Shown: positions 25,530 to 38,650, counted from the first letter of the stretch. The stretch is 64,000 nt of DNA from Hemiscyllium ocellatum (GCF_020745735.1 NC_083437.1:15624001-15688000), one strand, 5' to 3'. The notes: generated by a model not told the origin, from the sequence alone. Translations and numbers: made by a program.

Positions 25530-27140
25530 TGGTGCATGAGCATTGCTGAGGTCACTATTTGGTGCCATCCCTAGTTGCTTGGGAGGGTGATGATGAGCTG
25601 CTTGAAAGCCCAAAGTGATGTTAAGGAGATTGTCAAAATCCTGGCACTATGACAATGAAGGAACAGTGATAGATACACAAGTCTGGATTGTTTATGATGG
25701 ATGGGAATTTTCAGTTGGGGATGGTCCCATGCATCGACAGCTCTTGCCCTTCCAGGTTGTACAGGTCATGGATTTGAAAGGTTTTAGATTAGATTACTTA
25801 AAAAGTGTGGAAACAGGCCCTTCGGCCCAACAAGTCCACACCGACCCGCCGAAGCGCAACCCACCCATACCCATATATTTACCCATTACCTAACACTACA
25901 GGCAATTTACCATGGCCAATTTACCTGACCCGCACATCTTTGGACTGTGGGAGGAAACCAGAGCACCCGGAGGAAACCCACGCAGACACGGGGAGAATGT
26001 GCAAACTCCACACAGTCAGTCGCCTGAGGCGGGAACTGAACCCAGGTCTCTGGCGCTGTGAGGCAGCAGTGCTAACCACCGTGCCACCCACACGAAGGAG
26101 CCTTGATGAGGTGCTGCAATGTACCTTGCAGATGGCTCATACTGCTATGTGTATGTGCCAATGGTGGAGGATATGAATGTTGAAGGTGATGGATGGCATG
26201 CCAATTAAATAAGCTACTTTGGTCTGGATGGTGTCAAGCTGCTCGAGTTTTGGCAAAACTAGGTGAGGGGAGTTATTGTTCGGGGGGGGGGGGGGTGGGG
26301 TGGTGAAGACGTGCAGCAGTTACTTGCTGCTGAACTCCCATCCTCTGATCTACTTTGTAATCGTAGCATTTACATGGCTGGTAAATAGTAACCACCAAAA
26401 TGCTGACAGTTGGGAGATTCAGTGATGATAAAGCACCAATCATGGAGGGGTAGTGTCCAATTCTCCCTGTTGGAAACAGTCATTGCCTGCCACTGAAATG
26501 ATGTCAACCTTACTTGCTGCTTGTCAGGCCACGCCTGAATGTTGTCCAGGGCTTGTTGCACTTGGGCATGCACTGCTTCAATATCTGAAGACTGTGCAAT
26601 AATTCAACACCGTTTGCAAATCTCCCTTCTGGTTTAATACAGGAGGGAACATCTGTATTGCAGCAGCCTAAGGTGTTAGGCCCTAACATGAGGAACTCCT
26701 GAACCAGTGTCCTGGGATTGAGAGGGTTGGCCCCAAACAACCACAATTATCTTCCATTGTGCTAGGTATGACTTCGACGACAGATTCTTCACATACACAA
26801 AAGGATTCCCATTGACTCCAAGTGTAGTTAGTGCTTCTTGATGCCATTCTTAGTCACAATCCATCTCAATGTCCAGGGAAGTCATTCTCACCTCGCTTCT
26901 GGGGCTCAGCTCTTTAGGGGGAACGTAGATACCCAGGTTGGAACAAGGTCAGGCAGTTGGCAGCTCGAGCCAAGCCCCAAACTGAGCACGAGCTAGCAGT
27001 TTATGGATACAGCCATCAGTAATACCTTCCATCACGTTGCTGATGATCAAGAGTAGACTGCTAGGGCAGTAATTGCTAAGGTTGGATTGCCTTGGTTTTT
27101 GTGGACAGACCTGCACAATTTTCTACAATGTCAGGTACAG
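25530..27140 (-). mobile_element. Decayed LINE (same group as 1-405), split by a SINE
   Basis: Remnants such as QQALDNIQAW.DK.QV and GPNTLGCC. Confidence 0.6.
25784..26088 (-). mobile_element. Near full-length HE1/V-SINE-type SINE
   Basis: On -: ggtggcacggtggttagcactgctgcctcacagcgccagagacctgggttcagttcc head, V-core and (taatc)n tail. Confidence 0.92.
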
Positions 27141-28289
27141 AAATAGAGCCTTTAGTCCAACCAGTCCATGCCAACTATAATCCCAAACTAAACTGGTCCC
27201 ATCTGCCTTCACTTGGCACATATCCCTGTAAACTTTTCCTATTCATGTACTTATTTGAATATCTTTTAAATGTTTTACTGTACCTGCATTCGCCACTTCC
27301 CCTCAAAGTTCATTGCGAGGTTTCAATATAACAACTGTCAATATTGCTGACAAGGACTGGAACTTTTGCAGTATCCAGTACCATCAGCTGTTTATTGAAG
27401 TTTACTCCACCTGCTATCAATTATTTGAAGACTGGCATTTGTGATGTGGGGTATCTATGGAGCAGGCCAAGAGGGATCATCCACTTGGTAGTTCTGTTGA
27501 AGGTGGCTGCAGATGCTTCAGCTGTGCATGACATAGATATCTTAAATGGGGGGCTTTCCTTCCAGAGCAAATATCCAACAACTTGGTTAAGAACAAATGC
27601 TCTCTATGTTCCTAGTCAGATGCTGCAAATGTCAAGTAACAAGATCTACAAGAGGCTCATGGGAAAAAACAACACTTGTACTGGGACAGGAACAGTGTGT
27701 CTCCATTCACAATAAATGATCGACAACTTTTAAAACAAAAAATGCTTTGGTTACAAGAGCCAAGGGCTAACTTAATCAAGCCCAGTAAAGAATGGGTTAA
27801 CATCTTTCAGGTGGTTGTGATGCTATTCTTCCCATTTTCTAAAAGAAATCCAGATTCTCTGCCTGAAGGCTTTGATATACTGTGACATGGCTCCACAGTC
27901 TCGGCTATCACTGTATTCAAATGTGCTGTTAGAAAGTGTGCTAATTAGGATGATCACCAATTTTCGACAGCTAACTTAGTTGGGGGAGCGAGGAAGGAAG
28001 GAAGAGGAGATATGTGCCAATCAGGGTTCAGAAAGGAGATCTGTACACAACAGGGGAGATAGCCAAGGTATAAAATGAGTTTGCGTGTTTGATTCCTTAC
28101 ATATAGGACAGGGGTTTTATTCGATACTTTACAATATCGGATCTGATGCTTATAATTGTTTGCTTCAGTTTAGTTTTTGATTGTCAGTCACCACACCCTA
28201 GGAAACACACAGGACAGAAATCAGACACATTTAAAAGATCCAAACCTTACAATTTGCATCCTAATCAAAGAAGATGCTGTCAAAGTCAT

Positions 28290-28915
28290 TGAAGGGGATA
28301 ATTAAGATTCCTCATAGGCTGAAAATTGATAAACAGGAGGTATTTAAAAGGATGATTACCATAAACCTTTATGACTAGGTGGAATATACTGGAGGATGCT
28401 GAAGGGTGGGCTGAAATTGTGGGCAGTTCGAGTCATAATCTTCCAACTCCTTTGATAATGGGTGGTGCCAAAGAACTGGAAAATTGCAAATATTATATCA
28501 TTGTTCAAAGTGGGTTATTGGTTTGTACTTGCTAGATTCATCCAATCAGTTGAATGTGTGCGTTTGTGTCCAGGGGGGCGGGGGTGGCAGAAGAGAACAT
28601 TTAGAGATTGCATTCGTGGATAAAATTAAAAATTGCTTTAGCATAGGTTCAATAGTTAGGGAAGGTCAGCACAGGATCGGTGAGGGAAATTAGTGCTGAA
28701 GTATCAAAAACTGCACAGGAGGGGGGAGAGATGTGGCAAGTAAAATTAATGCAGCCTTCATGGACTTCCAAAAGATATTTCATAACATGCCACATCACAA
28801 TCTTCAAATTTGAGCCGTGTGGAATAAATGTGGCATTGGCAGAATCAATACAAATGTTACTGAATTACAGGAAACAGAATAGTGTGACTGGTTTTCAGAC
28901 CGGGGAGAGATAAAC
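28290..28915 (+). mobile_element. Old CR1 ORF2 remnant
   Basis: VPKNWKIANIISLFK-like and QHR-like remnants. Confidence 0.55.
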
Positions 28916-29715
28916 AATAGTATGGCTGTAGAGAATTCGCAATTGGTTTCACACTGATGTAGCACGTTTCCATGTACTAGAAACTATATTTATTAATAAG
29001 GAGGCCCCTCTCTTTGGAGACAGTAAGGACATTTACACACATTGGCTATCAGTTATTGAGTTGAAATAGGCCCATTCATATGTTCATTTTTCAAGAGAAT
29101 GCCTTGACAAGTTAAGAGTTATGTAACGTAGTCAATGATTACCCCACTGCTGATTCACACAGATCGATGGGAGCACATAGAGGATCTTAGCTCGAGTAGA
29201 TGCTGATAAAACTAAATCGTTATTTCAGTAAGGCCACAACTGGAATTTCATGCTGTATTCGTTTCGCCCTGAAGTCAGCCGTGCTCCCTTGGTTTCCAAC
29301 TCTATCCTGAGAACAGTACAAAGACAGATTGATTTGGTGTGGAAGGGGAGTCGGACAGCTGCTCAGAGACACTCAGACTGAGCAGTGACCAATGCATTAC
29401 CACAGCAGGCAACTTCCCCATTAACGCAGCAGGCCAGACACCTCTCTGGTTTAGTATCTCAGACAGGAGAAAAAAGGAATGGGGCTTTATCAAAGTAGAG
29501 GCTTTGTATGCTCCAAACTCTGGATTTATATATTGTTTTATAGCCATCCTCTCATATGGCTTCCCTTCAGAATGTGACAGAATTAGAATAAAATTACAAG
29601 GAAACTACAAATAACAGAAGTACCAAGCTTTATATAAAAATATTTGTTTCCCCATATTTAAAACATCAAATTAGGTGAAAAGGAAAATAGCAAACATTGG
29701 CAAATATTGATTGAT

Positions 29716-30000
29716 CATAGAATCCCTAGCGTGGAAGCAGGCCATTCAGCCCATTGAGTCAGCATCAACCCTCCGAAAAGCATCCTACCTAACTCCACAT
29801 TTCCCATGGCCAATCCATCTAGCCTGTCCATCACTGGACAATATGAGCAATTTAACAATGGCCAATCCACCTAAACTGCACATCTTTGATCTGTGGGAGG
29901 AAACTGGAGCGCCCAGAGGAAACCCAAAGCAGACATGGGGAAAATGTGCAAACTCCACACTGGGGGTGGACTTGAACTTGGGTCACTGCTGCTGTGCAGT
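29716..30000 (-). mobile_element. HE1/V-SINE-type SINE, decayed
   Basis: V-core tgtgcaaactccacac and gaggaaaccc on +. Confidence 0.8.
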
Positions 30001-30630
30001 AGCTGTGATGCAGCTGAACAATTTATTTTCCTCATCACTGTCAATCCCTCCACTTCTGAAGGTATCAAATACAATCCACTTACAGTGGCACTAACTGCCC
30101 TCCTGTACCTTACCTAACACAATGTATTTCATGTGTCAGTTTGGACAGGAAGCAACAGACTCTGCAGTTACAACGGGCATCATTTCCAACATGTATCCTA
30201 TCTTTTCCAATTGATCTATTGATTGTCGAAGGGCAGTACTGCTTCACCAACTGGAAACCTGGACAGTTTGATGTTATCCAACCTTTGAGCATTTCTTACT
30301 TAGGTTCTATAATGACCTGAATTAATCGTACCTAATTCACCCCAGCCTGGGAAATGTTCAAACTGGGAATTTTCTGGGCATCAAATCTTCTTGCATCGAG
30401 TAAATACTAGGCCTTTAAGACTCACTTGCATTAAAATGAAACAGAACGGGTATTACCTTAGCAATGGTCTCAAACTTCTGCACTCTCAACAACTTAGAGC
30501 ATACATTACACACTCGGCAGTAATCCTCAGAAGACAACCTCATCGCTTGAATAAGGAAGTACATTCAAAATGGTACCAAACATAAAGAGTTTAATGGCTG
30601 CACTGTGTTCAGATGACAAGTCTGCAGCAG

Positions 30631-33264
30631 CTATTTTTCAGACGTTATGTCAATCAGGTAAGAATTAATGAAAGGTAAAAGTTGCCAGTTATCAGTAACA
30701 ATATCAACCTTTGCCATATCTTGTGCCTGCTCCAGACTGAGCAAAAGGTGGACTCGAGGGGGTAGGAACAGAAAAGCCTTGTAGGACTCTGGGTCTGACT
30801 GCTGCGAAACCACATATTTCTGAAAGTGCAGGTTTACGAGTTCACTCAGAGGTCTCTGAACTGTTGTAAAGCAGAAGCGACTGAGAACGGACTGGCTGGA
30901 TCCAGTCTGGAGCAAGGATTCCCAGAACTGGTTAAAAAGTCGAGCCTTCATTTCCAGCGGCCAATTTGTCGGAACGGGAAGGGCCAGGAACAAGCGGGCG
31001 AAACCGATGTCAACAGGTTCAAGCTGGCTACAACACGTACTGCCGTCCTCCTTGGTAAAGACTGCCCTCGTGTGTAACATGACGGGAAAAGGTAGATGTG
31101 GCTTGAAAGCCAAGGAGAAAACGTGAGGGGTTCTGCTCAGGAAGAGACAGGGTACATGGAGATCACTCAGTGGCTCGTAGTGGGTACTCCTCAGGTCAAA
31201 ACAGAGATGCACAGTGTAGATTTTGTGATACTCGGGATCGACTTTCTCGGCAAAAGTCAAATGGAATTTCATCACAATGGTAGAAGCAAATCCGACATTT
31301 TGGAATTGGTTTAAGTATTTCTGCAAGGAATCTTCTTCAAAGTCCTTCACGGTCATGTCTCCAGCAGGACCACGGTTGGAAGAACCTTCTTCTGGGACTG
31401 GAATGAGTTTCAGTACTGGGTGTTTTATTGGAAGAACAGAGATGGAGTGACCTGCACTCTCTGACATTAGGGATGAGAGCGATCGCGCCTTTGCCCGAAT
31501 ACAGTTCCCTGTCCCCGGTGCCACGATTCCTGCGAGCTTCTCGTGGGAGAGGCAGGTGAGTAAGGCATAATAGAAATGGGCATGGTCCTGAATGTCAATG
31601 TCCTGGAACTGGGCATGAACGTGCTGCAGGAGGTCTGCAAGGTCACTGAAGATGGGTTCCACGTTCTGGTGATGCAGAATGCTTTTGCACACTGACAGCA
31701 CTGAGTTACCCATTCTCCACTCACCCTGCCTGCACAGGTCGGAAGCTTGAACAACATTCAGTAAAAACTGAACTGTTGTCTTCTGCAATATGGTGGGTTC
31801 CTTGGCCACTCTTGCTAGGACCTTGAGGTGCCATATGAGTTTATGAGGAGACAGTTGCTTTGGCGGGAGTTCCACAATCAGCTTGCGCAAAGCCTCCCCC
31901 AGTGAAACAGGCCATTTGGAATCCTCCAAGAGATGCTGAATGCTGTCTATGAGATTAATCATGTGTGGAGCTAAGGTGCAATGCCTCTGGTACAACTTAA
32001 CCATATATTGAGTCAACTCTGACATATACATTTCACTGGCATGGAAGCAACTCACAAATATGTACACGGCTTGGAAAAATGTCACAGTATGTCCTCGGCT
32101 CCCATTGGCATCCACCAGTTTGTATAAGGACACAAGGTAATCAAAGATCTCAGCAAGTCCTCTTTCCTCCTCAGCACTGTCAAGGCACATAAGACTCACC
32201 AGGTTGAGACGAGACATCATAGTGCTGCTGTCGTTAAAAAGTGTGGGGAAAAGGCAAGCCGCCATCTTTGGCGTGAACAAAACTGGAAGATTCTCTTCCA
32301 GGTTAGAGTTAATGGGGCGGTTTTCAGGAAAGTGAAGCAAGCAGTCCATGTAGAAGAGCTTGACAGGATTGCTGAGCAGTGGATGCTGGGCCATACAGAC
32401 CAGACGCTTCAACAGGAAGTTCTCATCCTCGGCACTGAAGAGACTATCAGTGAAGCTTGCCTTCATGTGCAGCATGCTGTGCATCAAGGAGATATCCATT
32501 GTCCCAAACAAACGCAGTAACTGGGATCGGAAAATGGCTGGAGAAAGCGAGCGCACCATAAGGACCACCTGGATCAATTCGTGAAACACAGCAGCTTGGG
32601 ATACTGGAGTTAGAAGGAAGGACTCCTCCAACAGCAGAGTCACTGAAGACTTCAACTCCTTCGTCTCAATGGTCGATGGTAATGGAGTCAGATTGGTGGT
32701 TGTGGCGATGGCTAATAAATCCTGTGGCTTTTCCATCACCTTCCATTTGATTTCCTCGTTCCTTGTCAACAGTTCTCGGATGGCTCCATCTGACACATTA
32801 CGCGACCGCGAGAGTGTGCGGACTGCATTTTTCAACACTTGGATATACAGCAGCGTGTAGGCCTGGTGCAGCGGACTGACTTCCTTTTGCTGGAGGCTAT
32901 GCAGAAGTTCCAGTTTTCTTGACAGGAGCCCTGGGTGACATGTTTCAAATTCTCGAAGGCAGTCGCACGCTAGGGCCCTGAGGGGCCTGAAATGTCCCCC
33001 GTATTTGCGATCATTAGTGTCACACACTGTATCAAGCAGTTGGCTCATCAGATTGTTCAATATTTTCGCATTGCTGGTCAGGTGATCAGTGGCAATGACT
33101 ATAGTGGTGACTGAAAGCAGCAAGTGGCATTTCAGATTGACGGACTTGGGTACAAGGGGCAGCTGTGAGTAGATGCTGAAGATTGACTCTGCTGCCTGCT
33201 CAGCCACCAGAGAGTTGGTGAACAGCAATCCTGGGAATTCCTGAATTATCCCGAGAATCTGGAT
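30631..33264 (-). CDS. AP5B1: AP-5 complex subunit beta-1, large last coding exon (877 aa)
   Basis: Long uninterrupted ORF. Acceptor gcatttcag|ATC at 33265. Motifs such as RPLRALACDCLREFETCHPGLL, LLRLFGT, AQHPLL, WRMGNSVLSVC and DIQDHAHFYYALL resemble AP5B1. The short-exon plus large-exon layout matches human. Confidence 0.92.
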   Translation of the reverse strand: MQILGIIQEFPGLLFTNSLVAEQAAESIFSIYSQLPLVPKSVNLKCHLLLSVTTIVIATDHLTSNAKILNNLMSQLLDTVCDTNDRKYGGHFRPLRALACDCLREFETCHPGLLSRKLELLHSLQQKEVSPLHQAYTLLYIQVLKNAVRTLSRSRNVSDGAIRELLTRNEEIKWKVMEKPQDLLAIATTTNLTPLPSTIETKELKSSVTLLLEESFLLTPVSQAAVFHELIQVVLMVRSLSPAIFRSQLLRLFGTMDISLMHSMLHMKASFTDSLFSAEDENFLLKRLVCMAQHPLLSNPVKLFYMDCLLHFPENRPINSNLEENLPVLFTPKMAACLFPTLFNDSSTMMSRLNLVSLMCLDSAEEERGLAEIFDYLVSLYKLVDANGSRGHTVTFFQAVYIFVSCFHASEMYMSELTQYMVKLYQRHCTLAPHMINLIDSIQHLLEDSKWPVSLGEALRKLIVELPPKQLSPHKLIWHLKVLARVAKEPTILQKTTVQFLLNVVQASDLCRQGEWRMGNSVLSVCKSILHHQNVEPIFSDLADLLQHVHAQFQDIDIQDHAHFYYALLTCLSHEKLAGIVAPGTGNCIRAKARSLSSLMSESAGHSISVLPIKHPVLKLIPVPEEGSSNRGPAGDMTVKDFEEDSLQKYLNQFQNVGFASTIVMKFHLTFAEKVDPEYHKIYTVHLCFDLRSTHYEPLSDLHVPCLFLSRTPHVFSLAFKPHLPFPVMLHTRAVFTKEDGSTCCSQLEPVDIGFARLFLALPVPTNWPLEMKARLFNQFWESLLQTGSSQSVLSRFCFTTVQRPLSELVNLHFQKYVVSQQSDPESYKAFLFLPPRVHLLLSLEQAQDMAKVDIVTDNWQLLPFINSYLIDITSEK

Positions 33265-33880
33265 CTGAAATGCAAATTCAGACAAGAAATTTTTACAGAC
33301 CCTGAGCAATCATTGTACAGCTCTCTGCCACATCTTTCTTAAGATCAGGTGACCAAATTGAGAAGCTCAGATCCCACTGAACGCAATCTATGTGGAGGTC
33401 ACGAGAACAGATGTGAGATAAATAAAGAGGCAGTGATTAGCTGATACCAAACTTGAATTCTGAAAGGCTGTAGATTCAAAGACTGGGCAGATGCTGGCTA
33501 GCATTAAAAAACTCCCGAAAGTTACACTTTAGGGATGAATGAATTGCTATGGGAAGAGGGTCCAATGAGACTTAATGTCAGCACATTGAGGATACAGAGA
33601 ATGACAGAAGGTAAAGTCAGCATTATCCTAATGGACCAAAGAGCTGCTCTCCCATTAGAGAGAGATGATGGATGACTGTTTAATCTGAGGGTCACGATGC
33701 CTCAGGCGAGGGGAGAGAGGTTGAGAAGGAGAGTCTTTAATGGTAATTCGTCTCATGCGGGAATTGAACCCACATGGCTAGTGTTGCTCTGTATAATAAA
33801 CCAGCTCTCCAGACAACTAGAGCTGAAAATGTGTTGCTGGTTAAAGCACAGCAGGTTAGGCAGCATCCAAGGAACAGGAA

Positions 33881-33916
33881 ATTCGACGTTTCGGGCCAGA
33901 GCCCTTCATCAGGAAT
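33881..33916 (-). ncRNA. Minimal type I hammerhead ribozyme
   Basis: auuc CUGAUGA a GGGC-ucug-GCCC GAAA CG UC / gaau. Confidence 0.82.
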
Positions 33917-36900
33917 GAGGAGAGGGTGCCAGGCAGGCTAAGATAAAAGGTAGGGAGGAGGGACTTGGGGGAGGGGCGATGGAGATGTGATAGGTGGAAG
34001 GAGGTCAAGGTGAGGGTGATAGGCCGGAGTGGGGTGGGGGCGAAGAGGTCAGGAAGAGGATTGCAGGTTAGGAGGGTGGTGCTGAGTTCAAGGGAATCGA
34101 CTGAGACAAGGTGAGGGGAGGGGAAATGAGGAAACTGGAGAAATCTGAGTTCATCCCTTGTGGCTGGAGGGTTCCCAGGCAGAAGATGAGGCGCTCTTCC
34201 TCCAACCGTCGTGTTGTTATGTTCTGGCAATGGAGGAGTCCAAGGACCTGCATGTCTTCGGTGGAGTGGGAGGGAGAGTTAAAGTGTTGAGCCACGGGGT
34301 GGTTGGGTTGGTTGGTTCAGGTGTCCCAGAGGTGTTCCCTGAAGCGTTCTGCAAGTAGGCGGCCTGTCTCCCTAATATAGAGGAGGCCACATCGGGTGCA
34401 GCGGATGCAATAGATGATGTGAGTGGAGGTGCAGGTGAATTTGTGGCGGATATGGAAGGATCCCTTGGGGCCTTGGAGAGAAGTAAGGGAGGTGGTGTGG
34501 GCGCAAGTTTTGCATTTCCTACGGTTGCAGGGGAAGATGCCGGGAGTGGAGGTTGGGTTGGTGGGGGGGTGTGGACCTGACGAGGGAGTGGTCTTTGCGG
34601 AACGCTGATAGGGGAGGGGAGGGAAATATATCCCTGGTGGTGGGGTCCGTTTGGAGGTGGCGGAAATGACAGCAGATGATACGCTGTATATGGAGGTTGG
34701 TGGGGTGGTGGGTGAGAACCAGTGGGGTTCTGTCTTGGTGGCGGTTGGAGGGGCGGGGCTCCAGGGCGGAGGAGCGGGAAGTGGAGGAGATGCGGTGGAG
34801 GGCATCGTCGATCACGTCTGGGGGGACTCTGCGGTCCTTGAAGAAGGCGGCCATCTGGGCTGTACGGTATTGGAACTGGTTCTCCTGGGAGCAGATGCGG
34901 CAGAGATGAAGGAATTGGGAATATGGGATGGAGTTTTTACAGGGGCCAGGGTGGGAGGAGGTGTAGTCCAGGTAGCTGTGGGAGTCAGTCGGTTTATAGT
35001 AGATGTCTGTGTTGAGTCGGTCGCCCGAGATAGAAATGGAAAGGTCTAGGAAGGGAAGGGAGGAGTCTGAGACAGTCCAGGTGAATTTGAGGTCGGGATG
35101 GAAGGTGTTGGTAAAGTTGATGAACTGTTCAACCTCCTCGTGGGAGCATGAGGCAGCGCCAATACAGTCATCGATGTAGCGGAGGAAAAGGTGGGGGGTG
35201 GTGCCAGTGTAGTTGCGGAAGATGGACTGTTCCACATATCCTACAAAGAGACAGGCATAGCTGGGGCCCATGTGGGTACCCATGGCAACTCCTTTAGTTT
35301 GGAGGAAGTGGGAGGATTGGAAAGAGAAGTTATTCAGTGTGAGGACCAGTTCAGTCAGTCGAAGGAGGGTGTCAGTGAAAGGGTACTGGTTGGTGCGGCG
35401 GGAAAGGAAGAAGCGGAGGGCTTTGAGTCCTTCGTGATGGGGGATGGAGGTGTACAGGGACTGGATGTCCATCGTGAAGATAAGGCGTTGGGGACCGGGG
35501 AAGCGAAAACCATGGAGGAGATGGAGGGCGTGGGTGGTGTCCCGAACGTGGGTGGGGAGTTCTTGGACTAAAGGGGACAGAACCGTGTCGAGGTACGCGG
35601 AGATGAGTTCGGTGGGGCAGGAGCAGGCTGAGACAATGGGTCGGCCGGGGCAGTCAGGTTTGTGGATTTTGGGCACGTGGTAGAAACGGGCGGTGCGGGG
35701 TTGTAGGACTATGAGGTTGGAGGCGGTGGATGGGAGATCCCCTTAGGTGATGAGGTTATGGATGGTCTGGGAGATGATAGTTTGGTGGTGGGAGGTGGGG
35801 TCATGGTCAAGGGGGCAATAGGAGGAGGCGTCCGCGAACTGGCGTTTGGCCTCAGCGGTATAAAGGTCGGTGCGCCAAACTACTACCGCGCCTCCCTTGT
35901 CTGCCGGTTTGATGGAGAGGTTGGGGTTGGAGCGGAGGGAGTGGAGGGCTGCACGTTCCGAGGGTGAGAGGTTGGAGTGGGTGAGAGGGGTGGACAGGTC
36001 GAGTCGGTTAATGTCGCGGCGGCAGTTGGCTATAAATAGATCGAGGGCGGGTAAGAGGCCAGCACGGGGTGTCCAGGTGGACGGGGTGTTTTGGAGGCGG
36101 GAGAAGGGGTCGTCAGAGGGTGGGCGGGAGTCTTGGTTGTAAAAGTAGGCACGGAGGCGAAGGCGGCGGAAGAATTGTTCAATATCTCGCCACGTGTTGA
36201 ACTCATTAATCCGAGGGCGTAGGGGAATGAAGGTGAGGCCTCTGCTGAGGACTGATCTTTCATCCTCAGAGAGGGGGAGGTCTGGAGGAATGGTGAAGAT
36301 CCGGCAAGGTTGGGAGCTAGGACCTGGTGTGGGACTGGAGCTGGGAGTGGGGGCGGGGTTAGGGGCAGGGGCAGAGATCGGCGTTGTGACAAAGCTTGGT
36401 GTGGGGGCGGGGTTACGCATGATGACGAAATTCGACGTGGGGGCGGGGTTACGCGTGATGATGCAAGTCGGCGTGAGGGCGGAGACACCTGAGGTGTTGC
36501 GGTCATGCAGGTTAGTGATGTCTCTCCAAGCCCTAAGGGATCCTTCCATATCTGCCAAAATTCACCTGCACCTCCACTCACATCTATTGCATCCGCTGCA
36601 CCTGATGTGGCCTCCTCTATATTGGGGAGACAGGCCGCCTACTTGCAGAATGCTTCAGGGAACACCTCTGGGACGCCCAAACCAACCAACCCAACCACCC
36701 CGTGGCTCAACACTTTAACTCTCCCTCCCACTCCACCGAAGACATGCAGGTCCTTGGACTCCTCCATCGCCAGAACATAACAACACGACGGTTGGAGGAA
36801 GAGCGCCTCATCTTCCGCCTGGGAACCCTCCAGCCACAAGGGATGAACTCGGATTTCTCCAGTTTCCTCATTTCCCCTCCCCCTACCTTGTCTTAGTCGA

Positions 36901-37080
36901 TTCCCTTGAACTCAGCACCGCCCTCCTAACCTGCAATCCTCTTCCTGACCTCTCCGCCCCCACCCCACTCCGGCCTATCACCCTCACCTTGACCTCCTTC
37001 CACCTATCACATCTCCAACACCCCTCCCCTAAGTCCCTCCTCCCTACCTTTTATCTTAGCCTGCCTGGCACACTCTCCTC

Positions 37081-37116
37081 ATTCCTGATGAAGGGCTCTG
37101 GCCCGAAACGTCGAAT
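37081..37116 (+). ncRNA. Minimal type I hammerhead ribozyme (identical to 33881-33916)
   Basis: attcCTGATGAagggctctggcccGAAAcgtcgaat. Confidence 0.82.
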
Positions 37117-37996
37117 TTCCTGTTCCTTGGATGCTGCCTGACCTGCTGCACTTTAACAGCAACACATTTTCAGCTCTGATCTCCAGCATCTGCAGACCTC
37201 ACTTTTTACTCTCCAGACAACTAACCAACCAACCAACCCCTGGCAAGTAAACATATATACTAAGGGCTTAGATGTGACAAATGAGAAAAACAGATTAAGT
37301 GATTCAACTGTTTAAAATTTTTGTAAAGGAGTAGATGAAAGATTACTACAGGACAATGCAACCTCATTGCCTGAATTTTGCAATGGCAGCACCACTATCC
37401 CAGTGTAATCTGAAGTATTTCCTTTATCATTGCCCACTGGTTTTTAAAGATTTTGATTCAGTGACCTCTGAAAGCCAATAAGATTAACTCAGAACCTGAT
37501 CCCTGGCAGACTGCACGTTTACACTTGTTAACTGGAAACAGTTTTACAGCAAAAGGAGGCATCTTCCCAATAATTCAGCTGTCACGCTGTGCAGTGAGGC
37601 TTTACATACTCCAGGAAGATCCCAGTTTCAACAACTGGTCAACGTTTAGGAAATCAGCATTAGCTCAGGCAATAAACAGGGGATCCAGTTGACCTCCCCT
37701 CCCCCGCCCCCACCCAACTGCTACCCAGATGAAAAGAACACAATGAGTGTATACAGTGGAGGATGCTTTGACAGGCCTCAGCTGGGAGATTAAAACAGCC
37801 TGCTGATCTCTGGGCTGAAACATGACAAATGGCCACTTTGCCGAGGTATCAGATTGCATCTTAAACTGTGAATTTTACAAAATTAGCAGAGAAAATTAAA
37901 GCATCAAAAGTCAATCCATGTGCTCTCTCAATACAGCAAACCAAGAATCTTTCTCTAAATCAGGAAAGGAAGGCAAATGACAGGGTGGTGTCATAC

Positions 37997-38143
37997 CTTT
38001 ACGTTTTCACTGATCTTCTCATCTGCCAGGACCCTCAGGAGATCGTAAACAAAGTTCTCAGTTGTTGTACTGGCAAGAAAATGTGACGGACTGGCATAGA
38101 ACGCTGCTACTTTCTGGGACCATTCAGAATTTGATCCTGCCAT
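37997..38143 (-). CDS. AP5B1: AP5B1 first coding exon (MAGSNSEWSQKVAAFYASPSHFLASTTTENFVYDLLRVLADEKISENVK)
   Basis: Strong Kozak gccATGG, 49 codons, donor AAG|GTATGA. Acceptor tattctattttgcag at 38156 implies an upstream non-coding exon. Aligns with the recalled human N-terminus (WAQRLGAFRASPSAF...DLLSDLRSEKLSEQTK). Confidence 0.9.
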
Positions 38144-38460
38144 GGCACTGGATTACTGCAAAATAGAATACATTGCAAGTTGAGTGTGTACTTGTGCCAC
38201 AAACACAAACCGAAATTGCTGGAAAAAAAAACTCAGCAGCTCTAGCAGCATCTGGGGCCAGAAAGCAATGTTAATGTTTCGGGTCCAGTCACCTTTCTTC
38301 AGAACGGCTTCAGAACTACTTTTGTGCTCCTTCTTCCCTCCCACCAAGTACTCAGTTTCAACTGAAGCAGGGCTGCAAAGCTAACCATCATCACTCTGGG
38401 CTCTGATCTTTCAGGGGCATTGAAATGAGCAGCAGCTCAGCAAAGGCAGTTAGTAAGTGT

Positions 38461-38650
38461 CTTCGAGGAGAAAGTGAGGACTGCAGATGCTGGAGATCAA
38501 AGCTGAAAATGTGTTGCTGGAAAAGCGTAGCAGGTCAGGCAGCATCCAAAGAGCAGGAATGCCTGAAGGGCTCATGCCCGAAACGTCGATTCACCTGCTC
38601 TTTGGATGCTGCCTGACCTGCTACGCTTTTCCAGCAACACATTTTCAGCT
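38461..38650. mobile_element. Penelope-derived hairpin mini-element
   Basis: Inverted arms of about 70 bp. 14-bp TSD cagttagtaagtgt at 38447-38460 and 38651-38664. Confidence 0.88.

Larger units (their letters stand above)
33820..37208 (-). mobile_element. 5'-truncated Penelope-like element (Neptune-type RT plus GIY-YIG) with inverted pLTR, in the AP5B1 intron
   Basis: RT motifs PADKGG, PKIHK..GRPIVS, GVAMG and FLRYIDD, Cys-rich linker, GIY-YIG. Premature stops and a frameshift. Inverted copy 36521-37208 mirrors 33820-34480. 15-bp TSD ctctccagacaacta at 33805-33819 and 37209-37223. Confidence 0.95.

Noticed and set aside
24700-30600. Poly(A) sites of the two genes
   Set aside because: Several AATAAA/ATTAAA candidates exist (e.g. 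24731 on +, about 30022 and 30590 on -), and none can be chosen from sequence alone.
33265-33309. ORF-track start of the 892-aa protein
   Set aside because: These 15 codons are intronic. The real N-terminus is the exon at 38143-37997.
34651-36718. Several + strand ORFs of 100-170 aa
   Set aside because: Antisense shadows of the GC-rich Penelope ORF.
38461-38650. pre-miRNA or DNA-transposon MITE
   Set aside because: The arms are Penelope termini, asymmetric, with a 14-bp TSD.
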